In this document: positions 12,612 through 22,828 of the stretch, piece after piece | Numbering within the stretch: the first letter of the stretch is position 1 | Layout of the letters: every line of letters begins with the position of its first letter | NCBI GenBank assembly: GCA_965204575.1 | Contig: OZ241993.1 | Span: 1,184,001-1,248,000, forward strand | Direction: 5' to 3' | Source of the DNA: an uncultured candidatus Porisulfidus sp. | GTDB lineage: Bacteria; Pseudomonadota; Gammaproteobacteria; Poriferisulfidales; Poriferisulfidaceae | Length of the DNA stretch: 64,000 nucleotides | Notes under the pieces: model-generated | The model's database searches: none | What the model was told of the DNA's origin: nothing | The model's input: only the letters and a program-made list of their open reading frames with translations | Translations under genes and position numbers: made by a program

Positions 12612-15332
12612 TCAGAAAAAGTTTTCGACGCGCAGCCCGAGCAGGGCGGTGCGCGGTTTGCTGGGCCGGGCCCCGTAGGGCTGGCGGGCGACCAGGTCTT
12701 CCTGGTCGGTCACGTTTTCCACGCGTGCGACCAGAAGGATGTTCTTGTTCAGGCGGTAGCGGCCGGCCAGGTCCACGGTGAAGGACGAATCGGTCTTCTC
12801 GAAGGCCCCGCAGGAGGCCTGCACGCAGACCTCGTCGACGTACTTGCCGCTGAGGTTGACCGACCAGTCCGTGCGCTCCAGCCCCATCGACACGCGCAGC
12901 TGGTGCTCCGGGATGTAGGGAATCGGATCGCCTTTCTCCACGTCGCCGAAGAACTCCGACTCGAAACTGGTGTCGAACTCGGTGTCGATGTAGGTGTACG
13001 ACAGCGACAGCGGCAGGTTCGTCGTCTCGCTGAGCGGCACGTCGGCCACGAACATCGTCTCCACGCCCTCGACGGTCGCGGCATCGCCGTTGAAGGCGTC
13101 GCCGACCTCGCAGTTGGCGCCGGACGAGGCGGTGCACTCGCCGAGCAGGTTCTCGTAGTCGCTGTAGAACGCGATCACCTCGCCGCGCAGGTGGGCGCCG
13201 GCGTAGCGGACCCCGAATTCATAGTTGTCGGCCTTCTCCTCTTCGACGCCGGGCGAGTTGCTCGGCGCGCTGAAGCCCTTGTGGTAGCCGCCCAGCACGG
13301 CCCAATGCCCGTCGACGTTGAACAGGACGCCCATGCCCGGCAGGAACACCGAGGTGTCGTTCTTCCGGGTGGAGCGGACATTCGCGCGGAGGTTGTCCGG
13401 TTCCGGATCCTTCCAGCGGGTCCGCTTCTGCTCGATATCCTCGTAACGGAAGCCCGGGGTGAGCACCCAGGCGCCCCATTCGATGCGGTCGTGGACGTGG
13501 ACCGAGACCGCCTCGGCCTCCTGCAGCCGGTTGCCGGCGCTCTGGTGGCCCCAGTCGCCCGCGTCGTGCAGGATGAGCCTTCCGTCCTTCTGGGTGTAGG
13601 CGTCGATGCGCTGGATGCGGTCTTCCTCGTCTTCGTGGTAGCGCAGGCCGACCTCCACGTCGTGGCGGGCGCCGCCCAGCTCGCCTTTCCAGTCGAGACG
13701 GACCTGCACCCCGCGGGAGAAGTATTCCCGCGAGTTGTGCTTCAGCTGGATGCCGCCCTCGGCGGTGTCTTCCGTGCCGTGCAGGATGCCGGCCAGCCGC
13801 TCCGTGGAGAAGTAGTCGTGGAACTGCCGGTTGGCCTCGTCGTCGTCGAGGACCTGTGCCTTGAACGCGGCCAGGAATTCGTCCGTCTTGGCCTCCAGGG
13901 CCGTGTCGTAAGCCATTCTGGCCGCCAGGTTGGTCGCCTCGCCGGCCTGGCCGTCTTCCTCGAACGCCACCAGCCCCATCAGTTCGCTCCGGATCCGGGC
14001 TTCGACGGTGTCCCCGGTTTCGAGCTTGCCGGAGCAGGCGGTCTCGTCCGCGCCGGCCACGGTGCTTTTCGCGGTGCCGTGGTACCCGACGCGGTCCGCC
14101 TTGAAGTTGTCCGCCGCGCTGACCTGGTCGAAGGCGGCTTGGTCCGCGTTCGTGAAGGCGTTCAGGGGGTCCAGTTCCCCTTCTTCCGGTGCTTCGCGGA
14201 AATCCCCCACGCCCAGTTCGTCTAGGTTCAGGGCGCGGGACAGGCATCGGCCCTGTTCCCGGTTGACGGTATTGATGACGGAGGACCAGCTGTCCTTGCT
14301 GAACGAGTTTCCGTCGTCGGTCCCGTCGAGGTCCAGGCCCTCGGTCTTGAACCAGTTCCGCGCATGCTCGTTGTTGTAGGCGGTGACGGAGACCGCCAGT
14401 GAGTCGCCGGCCTTGAACCGGTAGCGGAGGATGTGCTGGTCGTGCTGGGTCTGGATGTTGTCCAGCTGCGACAGGCCGTAGCGGCGGTAGGGGTCGGCCC
14501 GGAAGTCCGCGTCGGTCAGGCCGAGATAGCTCTGGTCGGACGACTGGTCCGCGTACTGGTACTTGAAGTCCAGCTGATGGCGCGAGTCCGGGGTCGTGTA
14601 GCGGATCTTGAACGTATGGTCCTGGATGTCGAGGCCGGTGTCGCCGCCGTCGCGGTCGATCTTCTGGAAGCCGTCCGAGGCCCAGTCGTGGGTCTCGGCG
14701 AGGAGGCCGACGCCGCGGTCCGAGGTGAAGCCCGCGTACGCGTGCAGGCGATGGTCGGAGTGGCCGCCGCTCTCGATCAGGAGGCCGCCGCCCATGTCGC
14801 GCGGGATCGGCGTGGAGATCATGTTCAGGGCGCCGCCGATGGTGTACGGCCCCTGGGTGATCGCGGCCGGGCCTTTCAGCACTTCGAAGGCGTGCATGCG
14901 CCCGGCGGTCGGGAAGTAGTAGGCGGACGGCGCGGAGTAGGGTGCCGGCGCGATCAGCACGCCGTCTTCCATCAGCGTGATGCGGCTGCTGCGCTCGGTC
15001 GGGGTGCCGCGGATGCTGAGGTTGGGGCGCAGCCCGTAGCCATCCTCGAGCTGGACCGAGACGCCCGGGACTTCGCGGACGATGTCCTGGATGTCGGAAT
15101 AGTTGAACTTCAGCAGTTCCTCGGGCCCGACGAAGTGGGCCGACCCGGTGGTTTCGTAAGCTTCCTGGTAACCGCCGACAATGATAACTTCACGGTCGAT
15201 TTCCGAGGGGGGTTCCTCCGCGGGCACGGCAGCGCAGAGGAGCAGCGCGAGGCTCCCACACAGGTGACCCGCGCGACGAATGCCGGGCATTCCTCTTGAT
15301 TTTCCAAGTTTTTCGTGTCCATTTGTCTCCAT
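12612..15332 (-). CDS. TonB-dependent outer membrane receptor (FecA-like, iron regulated)
   Basis: Signal peptide, plug motifs (VPGV, EDGYGLRPNLSIRG, EVLKGP, GGALN) and terminal aromatic residues (NFF). Start is ATG 15332 or 15290; TTG 15362 lies upstream of the predicted TSS. Confidence 0.93.
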   Translation of the reverse strand: METNGHEKLGKSRGMPGIRRAGHLCGSLALLLCAAVPAEEPPSEIDREVIIVGGYQEAYETTGSAHFVGPEELLKFNYSDIQDIVREVPGVSVQLEDGYGLRPNLSIRGTPTERSSRITLMEDGVLIAPAPYSAPSAYYFPTAGRMHAFEVLKGPAAITQGPYTIGGALNMISTPIPRDMGGGLLIESGGHSDHRLHAYAGFTSDRGVGLLAETHDWASDGFQKIDRDGGDTGLDIQDHTFKIRYTTPDSRHQLDFKYQYADQSSDQSYLGLTDADFRADPYRRYGLSQLDNIQTQHDQHILRYRFKAGDSLAVSVTAYNNEHARNWFKTEGLDLDGTDDGNSFSKDSWSSVINTVNREQGRCLSRALNLDELGVGDFREAPEEGELDPLNAFTNADQAAFDQVSAADNFKADRVGYHGTAKSTVAGADETACSGKLETGDTVEARIRSELMGLVAFEEDGQAGEATNLAARMAYDTALEAKTDEFLAAFKAQVLDDDEANRQFHDYFSTERLAGILHGTEDTAEGGIQLKHNSREYFSRGVQVRLDWKGELGGARHDVEVGLRYHEDEEDRIQRIDAYTQKDGRLILHDAGDWGHQSAGNRLQEAEAVSVHVHDRIEWGAWVLTPGFRYEDIEQKRTRWKDPEPDNLRANVRSTRKNDTSVFLPGMGVLFNVDGHWAVLGGYHKGFSAPSNSPGVEEEKADNYEFGVRYAGAHLRGEVIAFYSDYENLLGECTASSGANCEVGDAFNGDAATVEGVETMFVADVPLSETTNLPLSLSYTYIDTEFDTSFESEFFGDVEKGDPIPYIPEHQLRVSMGLERTDWSVNLSGKYVDEVCVQASCGAFEKTDSSFTVDLAGRYRLNKNILLVARVENVTDQEDLVARQPYGARPSKPRTALLGLRVENFF

Positions 15333-15363
15333 GATCGAGTTGCTCCGGCCCTGCGGCGGCAAC

Positions 15364-15406
15364 AGTATATAAGAATGATTATCATTTGTAAAGCGGTTCT
15401 CATTTA
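15364..15406 (-). promoter_or_regulatory. sigma70 promoter overlapped by Fur box(es)
   Basis: Minus strand TTTACA (15392-15387)-N17-TATACT (15369-15364). AATGATTATCATT core at 15374-15386 and a second AATGAGAACCGCTTT box. Confidence 0.85.
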
Positions 15407-15424
15407 GGATGGAGAAAGGTCCGG

Positions 15425-15442
15425 CCCCCCCCCCCCCCCCCC
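15425..15442. repeat. Poly(C)18 homopolymer in the divergent promoter region
   Basis: 18 consecutive C between the receptor and methyltransferase promoters. Confidence 0.9.
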
Positions 15443-15553
15443 GAAAGGTGCGGGAAGCCCCCGCGGTCGCGGCGGTGCCATAATGGCGACACGCTGCGCG
15501 GTTGCCTGCGAACGGTTCGAAGCCGGAGCCGGCCCCCCTGCCGGAAAGCCTTG

Positions 15554-16501
15554 ATGAACCGACGTTCCGCCCCGAACCCCGAAGCCCCGTCTCCGCCGTC
15601 GCTGGACATCCACTTCGGGGACAACCTCTCCATCCTGCGCGGATTCGCAGAGGAGTCGTTCCACCTGATCTACATCGACCCGCCGTTCAACACGGGAAAG
15701 ACCCAGTCGCGCTCGCGCCTGAGGACGACCCGGGACGCCGGCGGCGACCGCACGGGCTTCCAGGGTCGGAAATACAAGACCACCCGGCTCGGCAGCCTGG
15801 AGTTCCCGGACGCCTTCCCCGACTATCTCGGCTTCCTCGGGCCGAGGCTGCAGGAGGCGCACCGGCTCCTGCACCCGGCCGGTTCGCTGTTCTTTCACGT
15901 CGACTACCGGGAAGTCCACTACTGCAAGGTCCTGCTGGACCGGATCTTCGGGCGGGGCTCCTTCATCAACGAGATCATCTGGTCGTACGACTACGGGGCG
16001 CGGTCCCGGAAGCGCTGGTCGCCCAAGCACGACAACATCCTCTGGTACGCGAAAAACCCCAAGGACTACACGTACCGGTACGAAGACATCGACCGCATTC
16101 CCTACATGGCCCCCGCTCTGGTGGGTCCGGAGAAGGCCGCCCGGGGCAAGACGCCGACCGACACCTGGTGGCAGACGGTCGTCAGCCCGACCGGAAAGGA
16201 GAAGACGGGCTACCCGACGCAGAAGCCGCTGGCGGTCCTGGAGCGGATCGTGAAGGTTCACTCCAATCCCGGGGACCGGGTGCTTGACTTCTTCGCGGGC
16301 AGCGGGACCACGGGGGAGGCCGCGGTGCGGGCGGGCCGCAGCGCAGTGCTCATCGACAGCCATCCCGACGCGGTTCGGGTCATGAGAAAGCGGCTCGCAT
16401 TCGCCAAACCGGCCCTGCACGGCATGAAACAGGCCTCTTCGCGAAAGCCGCCGAAACACCCCTCTGGACGGGATGAACGGGGGGCACCCGGCAGGCCCTG
16501 A
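15554..16501 (+). CDS. Site-specific DNA methyltransferase (N6-A/N4-C, beta class), orphan
   Basis: GDNL, IYIDPPF (motif IV) before YPTQKP and VLDFFAGSGTT (motif I). No adjacent restriction endonuclease. Confidence 0.92.
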   Translation: MNRRSAPNPEAPSPPSLDIHFGDNLSILRGFAEESFHLIYIDPPFNTGKTQSRSRLRTTRDAGGDRTGFQGRKYKTTRLGSLEFPDAFPDYLGFLGPRLQEAHRLLHPAGSLFFHVDYREVHYCKVLLDRIFGRGSFINEIIWSYDYGARSRKRWSPKHDNILWYAKNPKDYTYRYEDIDRIPYMAPALVGPEKAARGKTPTDTWWQTVVSPTGKEKTGYPTQKPLAVLERIVKVHSNPGDRVLDFFAGSGTTGEAAVRAGRSAVLIDSHPDAVRVMRKRLAFAKPALHGMKQASSRKPPKHPSGRDERGAPGRP

Positions 16502-16536
16502 CCGCCCGGTCGGGCTAAGGCGGGTGGGGTATAATG

Positions 16537-16577
16537 GCACCCCGAAAACGCATCCCGTTTCGGGGTTGCGTTTTTTT
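16537..16577 (+). terminator. Intrinsic terminator-like hairpin between the methyltransferase and pntAA
   Basis: ccccgaaa/tttcgggg stem followed by T7. Confidence 0.6.
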
Positions 16578-16617
16578 GATTGACTGAAACGCCGAACAAC
16601 AGCCGAAATCTCCCAGC

Positions 16618-17772
16618 ATGAAAATCGGGATCCCGAAAGAAATCCGCCCGGGCGAGAACCGGGTCGCAATTTCCCCTGACGCGATCAAGAAACTGACCGG
16701 CATGGGGGTGGAAGTCGTGGTGGAGGCCGGTTGCGGAACCGGCTCCTGCGTCACCGACCAGGAATACCGGGAAGCCGGTGCCAGCGTGGCGCCGAATGCC
16801 GCCGCCGTCCTCGGCGACGCGGACCTGGTGTTCAAGATCCAACGGCCGATGACGGCCGATGAGGGGACAGACGAGATCACCCTGATGAAAGAAGGCGCGA
16901 TCCTGGTCGGCCACCTGGCCACCCTCTCCAACCCCGACGCCTCTTCCGGCTACAACGCACGCAAGCTCACCACCTTTGCCATGGACCTGATGCCGCGCAT
17001 CAGCCGCGCGCAGTCCATGGACGTACTCTCCTCGCAGAGCAACCTGGCCGGCTACAAGGCGGTCGTGGATGCCGCGACCGAGCACGTCAGCGCCTTCCCG
17101 ATGATGATGACCGCGGCCGGCACCGTGGCGCCCGCGCGCGTGTTCGTGATGGGCGTCGGCGTGGCGGGCCTGCAGGCCATCGCCACCGCCAAGCGCCTCG
17201 GCGCGGTGGTCACCGCCTACGACGTGCGCCCCGCCACCCGCGAGCAGGTCGAGAGCCTCGGCGGCAAGTTCCTGATCGTGGACGAGGAAGCGATGAAGGA
17301 TGCCGAGACCGCCGGCGGCTACGCCAAGGAGATGACGGAAGAGTACAAGCAGAAAGAGCGCCAGGTCCTCGCCGACCACGTCAGCGGCCAGGACATCGTC
17401 ATCACGACCGCGCTCATCCCGGGCCGTCCGGCGCCGGTGCTGGTGACCCGCGAGATGGTCGAATCGATGAAGCCGGGCTCGGTGATCGTCGACCTGGCGG
17501 TCGAGACCGGCGGCAACTGCGAATGCGCCGAACGCGGCGTCGTGGCCGAGCACCAGGGCGTGTGCATCATCGGCTACGACAACATGCCGGCGCGGCTCGC
17601 GCGCGATGCGAGCAACCTGTTCGCCAAGAACATTCTTAATTTCCTGACCCCGCACATCGACGCGGAGAACGGCGCCCTCAACCTCGACTGGGAGGACGAG
17701 ACGGTCGCCGAAACCGTGGTGACGCGCGATGGCGAGGTCGTCAATGCCCGGATCAAGGAGTTGATGTCATGA
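16618..17772 (+). CDS. pntAA: NAD(P) transhydrogenase subunit alpha-1 (domain I)
   Basis: [48 protein letters not shown]. Confidence 0.97.
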   Translation: MKIGIPKEIRPGENRVAISPDAIKKLTGMGVEVVVEAGCGTGSCVTDQEYREAGASVAPNAAAVLGDADLVFKIQRPMTADEGTDEITLMKEGAILVGHLATLSNPDASSGYNARKLTTFAMDLMPRISRAQSMDVLSSQSNLAGYKAVVDAATEHVSAFPMMMTAAGTVAPARVFVMGVGVAGLQAIATAKRLGAVVTAYDVRPATREQVESLGGKFLIVDEEAMKDAETAGGYAKEMTEEYKQKERQVLADHVSGQDIVITTALIPGRPAPVLVTREMVESMKPGSVIVDLAVETGGNCECAERGVVAEHQGVCIIGYDNMPARLARDASNLFAKNILNFLTPHIDAENGALNLDWEDETVAETVVTRDGEVVNARIKELMS

Positions 17773-18164
17773 TGCTCGACGCCACCGTTTTCACCCAGGG
17801 CCTGGTCCAGGTCTCGGAAATCGCGAGCCTCGCGATGTCCGCAACCGGCGTGGACGCCGGTGCGGCCGGGAACACCTCGTTCCTGAACCTGTTCACCGTC
17901 TTCGTGCTGGCCTGCTTCGTCGGCTTCTACGTGGTCTGGAGCGTGACTCCGGCGCTGCATTCGCCGCTGCTGGCGGTCACCAACGCCATTTCCTCCGTCA
18001 TCATCGTCGGCGGCCTGTTGGCCGCGGGCCCGGCGGCCGAGTTGGCGGACATCGACCTCTCCAGCCTGATGGGCTTCCTCGCCGTCACGCTGGCCTCGGT
18101 CAACATCTTCGGCGGGTTCCTGGTGACCCAGCGGATGCTGGCCATGTTCAAGAAGAAGAAATAA
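17769..18164 (+). CDS. pntAB: NAD(P) transhydrogenase subunit alpha-2
   Basis: [31 protein letters not shown]. Confidence 0.95.
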   Translation: MMLDATVFTQGLVQVSEIASLAMSATGVDAGAAGNTSFLNLFTVFVLACFVGFYVVWSVTPALHSPLLAVTNAISSVIIVGGLLAAGPAAELADIDLSSLMGFLAVTLASVNIFGGFLVTQRMLAMFKKKK

Positions 18165-18179
18165 GGCGGGGGAATTGAA

Positions 18180-19571
18180 ATGAGCGCAAGCTGGACCGGA
18201 TTCGCCTACCTCGTCGCCGCCGTGTGCTTCATCATGGCGCTGCGCGGCCTGTCGTCCCCGACTTCGGCGCGCCAGGGCAACGTGATGGGCATCATCGGCA
18301 TGGTCATCGCCGTGGTGACCACGTTGCTGGACCCCGAGGTCATCAGTTACGAGATCATCCTCGCCGGCATCCTCGTCGGCGGCACGATCGGGACGCTGGT
18401 CGCGTTCCGCATCAACATGACGGCCCTGCCGCAGCTGGTGGCCGCGTTCCACTCCCTGGTCGGCATGGCCGCAGTGCTGGTGGCGATCGCCGCGTTCTAC
18501 CATCCGGAAGCCTACGGCATCGGCACCTTCGGCAACATCGGCACGGCCTCTCTGATCGAGATGAGCATCGGCGCCGCCGTCGGCGCCATCACCTTCTCCG
18601 GCTCCGTGGTGGCGTTCGCCAAGTTGCAAGGCCTGGTCAGCGGCAACCCGGTCGTGTTCCCGCTGCAGCATCCGCTGAATGCCGTGATCGGCATCGCGAT
18701 CGTCGCCCTGACCGTCGCGCTGGTCTTCGGGCAGGACCCGACCTCGTTCTGGGCCATCGTGATCCTGTCGTTCCTGATCGGTTTCCTGATCATCATCCCG
18801 ATCGGCGGCGCGGACATGCCGGTGGTGGTGTCCATGCTGAACTCCTATTCCGGCTGGGCCGCCTGCGGCATCGGCTTCACCCTGAGCAACATGGCGCTGA
18901 TCATCACCGGCGCTCTGGTCGGCTCGTCCGGTGCGATCCTGAGCTACATCATGTGCAAGGGCATGAACCGCTCCATCTTCAACGTGCTGCTCGGTGGCTT
19001 CGGCGGCGAGACGGTCGCGGCGGCGCAGCAGGCAGCAGGCAGCCGTTCGGTCAAGCAGGGCAGCGCAGACGACGCGGCCTTCATCATGAGCAACGCCAAC
19101 CAGGTGATCGTGGTGCCGGGCTACGGCATGGCCGTGGCCCAGGCGCAGCACGCGCTGCGCGAGATGGCCGACCTGCTCAAGGAGAAAGGCGTCAGCGTCA
19201 AGTACGCCATCCACCCGGTGGCCGGGCGCATGCCGGGCCACATGAACGTGCTGCTGGCGGAAGCCTCGGTGCCGTACGACGAAGTGTTCGAGCTCGAGGA
19301 AATCAACCACGAGTTCTCGACCGCCGACGTGGCGTTCGTGATCGGCGCCAACGACGTCACCAACCCGCTGGCGAAGACGGATCCGGCCAGCCCGATCTAC
19401 GGCATGCCGATCCTGGATGTCGAGAAGGCCGCCACGACCCTGTTCATCAAGCGCTCACTGGGTTCCGGCTATGCCGGCGTGGACAACGAACTGTTCTTCC
19501 GCGACAAGACCATGATGCTGTTCGGGGACGCCAAGAAGATGACCGAGGAAATCGTCCAGGCCCTCAACTAG
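18180..19571 (+). CDS. pntB: NAD(P) transhydrogenase subunit beta
   Basis: PQLVAAFHSLVG, IGGADMPVV, PGYGMAVAQAQ, HPVAGRMPGHMNVLLAEA. Confidence 0.97.
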   Translation: MSASWTGFAYLVAAVCFIMALRGLSSPTSARQGNVMGIIGMVIAVVTTLLDPEVISYEIILAGILVGGTIGTLVAFRINMTALPQLVAAFHSLVGMAAVLVAIAAFYHPEAYGIGTFGNIGTASLIEMSIGAAVGAITFSGSVVAFAKLQGLVSGNPVVFPLQHPLNAVIGIAIVALTVALVFGQDPTSFWAIVILSFLIGFLIIIPIGGADMPVVVSMLNSYSGWAACGIGFTLSNMALIITGALVGSSGAILSYIMCKGMNRSIFNVLLGGFGGETVAAAQQAAGSRSVKQGSADDAAFIMSNANQVIVVPGYGMAVAQAQHALREMADLLKEKGVSVKYAIHPVAGRMPGHMNVLLAEASVPYDEVFELEEINHEFSTADVAFVIGANDVTNPLAKTDPASPIYGMPILDVEKAATTLFIKRSLGSGYAGVDNELFFRDKTMMLFGDAKKMTEEIVQALN

Positions 19572-20246
19572 TTGAGCCTGCTCGACATTCTCGACCTGCT
19601 GCGTCGGCAGCATTCCGCCCCGCTTCGAGACGGCCGCTTTGGCTGGTGGCCGGCGCGCAGCGCCTTCGAGATCATGGTCGGCGCGGTTCTCACGCAGAAC
19701 ACCGCCTGGGTCAACGTCGAGAAATCCATCGCCCGCCTGCGCGAGGCCGGGTGCCTTGACGTCGATGCGATCCTGGCCCTGTCGCCCGCGCAACTGGCCG
19801 ACCTGATCCGCTCGTCCGGCTACTACAACATCAAGCAGAAACGCCTGCGCGCCCTGTGCGAATGGTACCGGGAGCGGGGGCCGTTGCGCCGGCTGAAGCG
19901 CCGAAACACCGAAGACCTGCGCGAGGAGCTGCTGGCGGTCCACGGCGTCGGCCCGGAGACGGCGGACGACATCCTGCTGTACGCCCTTGGCCGGCCGGTG
20001 TTCGTGGTGGACGCCTACACCCGGCGGGTCTTCTCAAGGCTCGGGCGGGTGTCGTCGCGGGTCGGCTACGAGGAGCTGCGCCGGTTGTTCGAGCGGGAAC
20101 TGCCGCGCGACGCGGCGCTCTACAACGAATTCCATGCACGCATCGTGCTGCACGGCAAGCGGGTCTGCCTGGCCCGTAACCCGCACTGCGGGGAGTGCCG
20201 CCTGCGGTCCCGCTGCGTCTACGGGCAGGCGGTGGAACCTATTTGA
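19572..20246 (+). CDS. Endonuclease III-related HhH-GPD DNA glycosylase with [4Fe-4S] motif
   Basis: GAVLTQNTAW, GVGPETAD, VDAY, C-X6-C-X2-C-X5-C. Confidence 0.9.
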   Translation: MSLLDILDLLRRQHSAPLRDGRFGWWPARSAFEIMVGAVLTQNTAWVNVEKSIARLREAGCLDVDAILALSPAQLADLIRSSGYYNIKQKRLRALCEWYRERGPLRRLKRRNTEDLREELLAVHGVGPETADDILLYALGRPVFVVDAYTRRVFSRLGRVSSRVGYEELRRLFERELPRDAALYNEFHARIVLHGKRVCLARNPHCGECRLRSRCVYGQAVEPI

Positions 20247-20997
20247 GGTGGACGGTGCGGCCGGTGATGCCGCGGCTGTCCGAACCCAGGAAGTAGACGA
20301 ACGCCGGCGCGACCTGCTCCGGGGTGGAATGCGAGTTGCCGGGCTCTCCCGGGTAGTTCTGCCGGCGCAGCCGCGTCTCCACCGGCCCCGGGTCGATACC
20401 GTTGACCCGGATCGGGCGGTCGCCGTTCAGTTCCTGAGACAGGATGTCGACCAGTCCCGCAACGCCCGCTTTGGCCACGCCGTAGGCGCCCCAATAGGCG
20501 CGCCGCGATTGCTTGTCGAGCGTGAACGCGATCGCAGGGTCCTCCGCCTGGTCCAGCAGGGGCAGGCAGGCCTGGGTCAGCAGCCAGGGCCCCAGCAGGT
20601 TGACGCGTGCGAGCCGGGTCCAGTCGCTTGGCTCGAGCAGGCGCATCGGGCGCAATCCGCCGACCAGCCCGGCATTGTTCAGAAGCCCGTCCAGGCGCCC
20701 GAAATCCCGGCCGATCTGCTCGGCCACCCGTGCATAGTCGTCGATCGTCGCGCCGTTGAGGTCGAGCGGAAGGATGACGGGCTCCGGCCCGCCGGCTTCG
20801 CGGATCTGGTCGTAGGTCTGCTCCAGCCGGGGGACGTCCCGGGCCAGCAGGATCACCGTGGCGCCGGCCTTGGCGCAGGCGCAGGCGCAGGCCCGGCCGA
20901 TGCCGGAACTGGCGCCGGTGACCATCACCACGCGGTTGGCGAGGGCGTCGGGAGAAGGCGTGTATTCAGCTGGCCCCGGAGCCGTCTCAGCTGGCAT
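20239..20997 (-). CDS. yciK: YciK-family short-chain oxidoreductase
   Basis: TGASSGIG, NNAG, YWGAYGVAK, T.LR...YPGE. Confidence 0.85.
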   Translation of the reverse strand: MPAETAPGPAEYTPSPDALANRVVMVTGASSGIGRACACACAKAGATVILLARDVPRLEQTYDQIREAGGPEPVILPLDLNGATIDDYARVAEQIGRDFGRLDGLLNNAGLVGGLRPMRLLEPSDWTRLARVNLLGPWLLTQACLPLLDQAEDPAIAFTLDKQSRRAYWGAYGVAKAGVAGLVDILSQELNGDRPIRVNGIDPGPVETRLRRQNYPGEPGNSHSTPEQVAPAFVYFLGSDSRGITGRTVHLK

Positions 20998-22120
20998 CGT
21001 CGGGGGGATCCTTTGAATCCGCCGTGTGGCGGGGAATCTGCGTCAACTCCTGGACGTCGGCGTTCTTCTTGTGTGCATCGACGCCGAGATCGCGGAACTT
21101 GCTGGTGGTCGGCAGGACACGCGACTCCCAGGAACCGACCATCTGGTTGAAGCGGCCGACGCTGCCGCCCAGCGATTTCCCGAGCGCCGCCATGTGCTCT
21201 GAGAAGACGGCGACGCGCTCGCACAACTGGTAGCCCAGGTCGCGGATCCGCTCGGCGTTCTCCGCAACCTTCTGCTGGTTCCAGCCGTACGCCACCGCGC
21301 GCAGGATCGCCATCAGGCTGCTCGGCGTGGCCAGCAGGACCTTCTTCTGCAGGGCATAGTCCATCAGTTCGGAATCCTGCTCCAGCGCGGCGTTGAGGAA
21401 CTGGTCGCCGGGCACGAACATCACCACGAAGTCCAGCGAGTTCTCGCTCGCGAATCCGGCCCAGTACTCCTTGCGCGACAGGTCCGCGACCATGGTGCGC
21501 ACCGACCCCGCAAATTCCCGCATCAGCGCCTTCTGGCGTTCCGGGTCGGACTCGCGGTAGGCGTCGGAGTACTTCTGCAGGGGCGCCTTGGCGTCGATCG
21601 GGAGCACCCGGTTCTCCGGCAGGCGCACCACCACGTCCGGGCGCCGGCCGCTGTCCTGCTGCGCCTGTTCCACGAAGTCGACGTGCGCGGTCATGCCGGC
21701 CAGTTCGATGATCCGCCGCAGCGTGACCTCGCCGTAGGAGCCGCGCACCTGCGGGCGGGCCAATGCCTGCGACAGGGTCTGGGTCTCCCGGCGCAGCTGC
21801 TCCTGCGAGGTGACCGCGTCCTGCAACTGCTGCGTCAGCCGCCCGTAGTGGGTATGCCGCTCCTTCTCGATCTCGTCGATCTGCTTGCGCGCGCGCTCCA
21901 ACGTCTCCTGCAGCGGCTTGAGCGTGTTCTCCAGCGAGTCGCGCTGGCGCTCGGCGTTGCGTTCCAGGGCTTCGACCGAAAGCGCGGAGAAACTGTCCTT
22001 CAGTGTCTGGTTGAGCTCGCCGAGATGCTGCTGGTCGCGGCGTTGCGACACCCACAGGCCGACGATGATGCCGATCGACAGGCCGGACACGAACATCAGA
22101 GCCCAGATCCAGGTATTCAT
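20987..22120 (-). CDS. rmuC: DNA recombination protein RmuC
   Basis: N-terminal TM and coiled coil; RG.YGE..L, RPDV.V.LP, IDAK.P, K.YW, DFVVMFVP. Confidence 0.93.
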   Translation of the reverse strand: MNTWIWALMFVSGLSIGIIVGLWVSQRRDQQHLGELNQTLKDSFSALSVEALERNAERQRDSLENTLKPLQETLERARKQIDEIEKERHTHYGRLTQQLQDAVTSQEQLRRETQTLSQALARPQVRGSYGEVTLRRIIELAGMTAHVDFVEQAQQDSGRRPDVVVRLPENRVLPIDAKAPLQKYSDAYRESDPERQKALMREFAGSVRTMVADLSRKEYWAGFASENSLDFVVMFVPGDQFLNAALEQDSELMDYALQKKVLLATPSSLMAILRAVAYGWNQQKVAENAERIRDLGYQLCERVAVFSEHMAALGKSLGGSVGRFNQMVGSWESRVLPTTSKFRDLGVDAHKKNADVQELTQIPRHTADSKDPPDDAS

Positions 22121-22785
22121 GATGAGGAATTGAAGAACGACTTCAGTTCAGCAGGATGCTGGATGGTCGCGTCGCCCTCCCAGTTCGAGAGATCGGTCTC
22201 CGGGCGGATGTAGCCGAACGCGGCGATCACGCCGGTCATGCCCGCGGCGCGGGCCGCCTGCATGTCGCGAGGGTCGTCGCCCAGGAACAGGCAGTGCCGG
22301 GCGTCCACGTCGATGCGGCGGGCTGCCTCCAGCAGGGGTTCCGGGCGGGGCTTGCGGTGCGGCAGGGTGTCGCCGCCGATCAGGCAGGAGGGCGGGGCGG
22401 GGAAGTCCATCGCCTCGAGGATGGCTTCCGCCAGGTACCCGGCCTTGTTGGTCACCACGCCCCAGGGCGTGCCGTTGCGGGCGAGAAATTCGATCAGGTC
22501 CATCATGCCGTCGAACAGCACCGTCTCGCGGCAGGGGGCCTCGGCGTACAGCTCCAGCAGCCGTGCCACCAGGTGATCTTCCCGCTCGTCGCTGAGGGCT
22601 TCGCCGAAGGCGAACCGGACCATCGCCCGGGCGCCCTGCGAGACGCAGTTGCGGGCGGCGTCGTAGTCGACGGGTGGAAGGTTCTCCTCCTGGCAGAGCG
22701 CGTTCAGGACGGGGATGATGTCGCGCGCGGTGTCGGCCAGGGTTCCGTCCAGGTCCATGAGCACGCCTTGGATGGGGGAAGGCAC
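22117..22785 (-). CDS. gph: HAD-IA hydrolase (phosphoglycolate phosphatase / MupP-like)
   Basis: DLDGTLADT, VTNK, KP.PEP, GDD.RD. Position after ubiG matches mupP. Confidence 0.85.
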   Translation of the reverse strand: MPSPIQGVLMDLDGTLADTARDIIPVLNALCQEENLPPVDYDAARNCVSQGARAMVRFAFGEALSDEREDHLVARLLELYAEAPCRETVLFDGMMDLIEFLARNGTPWGVVTNKAGYLAEAILEAMDFPAPPSCLIGGDTLPHRKPRPEPLLEAARRIDVDARHCLFLGDDPRDMQAARAAGMTGVIAAFGYIRPETDLSNWEGDATIQHPAELKSFFNSSS

Positions 22786-22828
22786 AGGTTTTGCCGGTGG
22801 GGTTCGATGCGTTCCTAGAGTCCGTACT

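Noticed and set aside
16618-19571. Split pntA as a possible frameshift or pseudogene
   Set aside because: The three-subunit PntAA/PntAB/PntB organisation is an established natural form, with a normal ATGA overlap.
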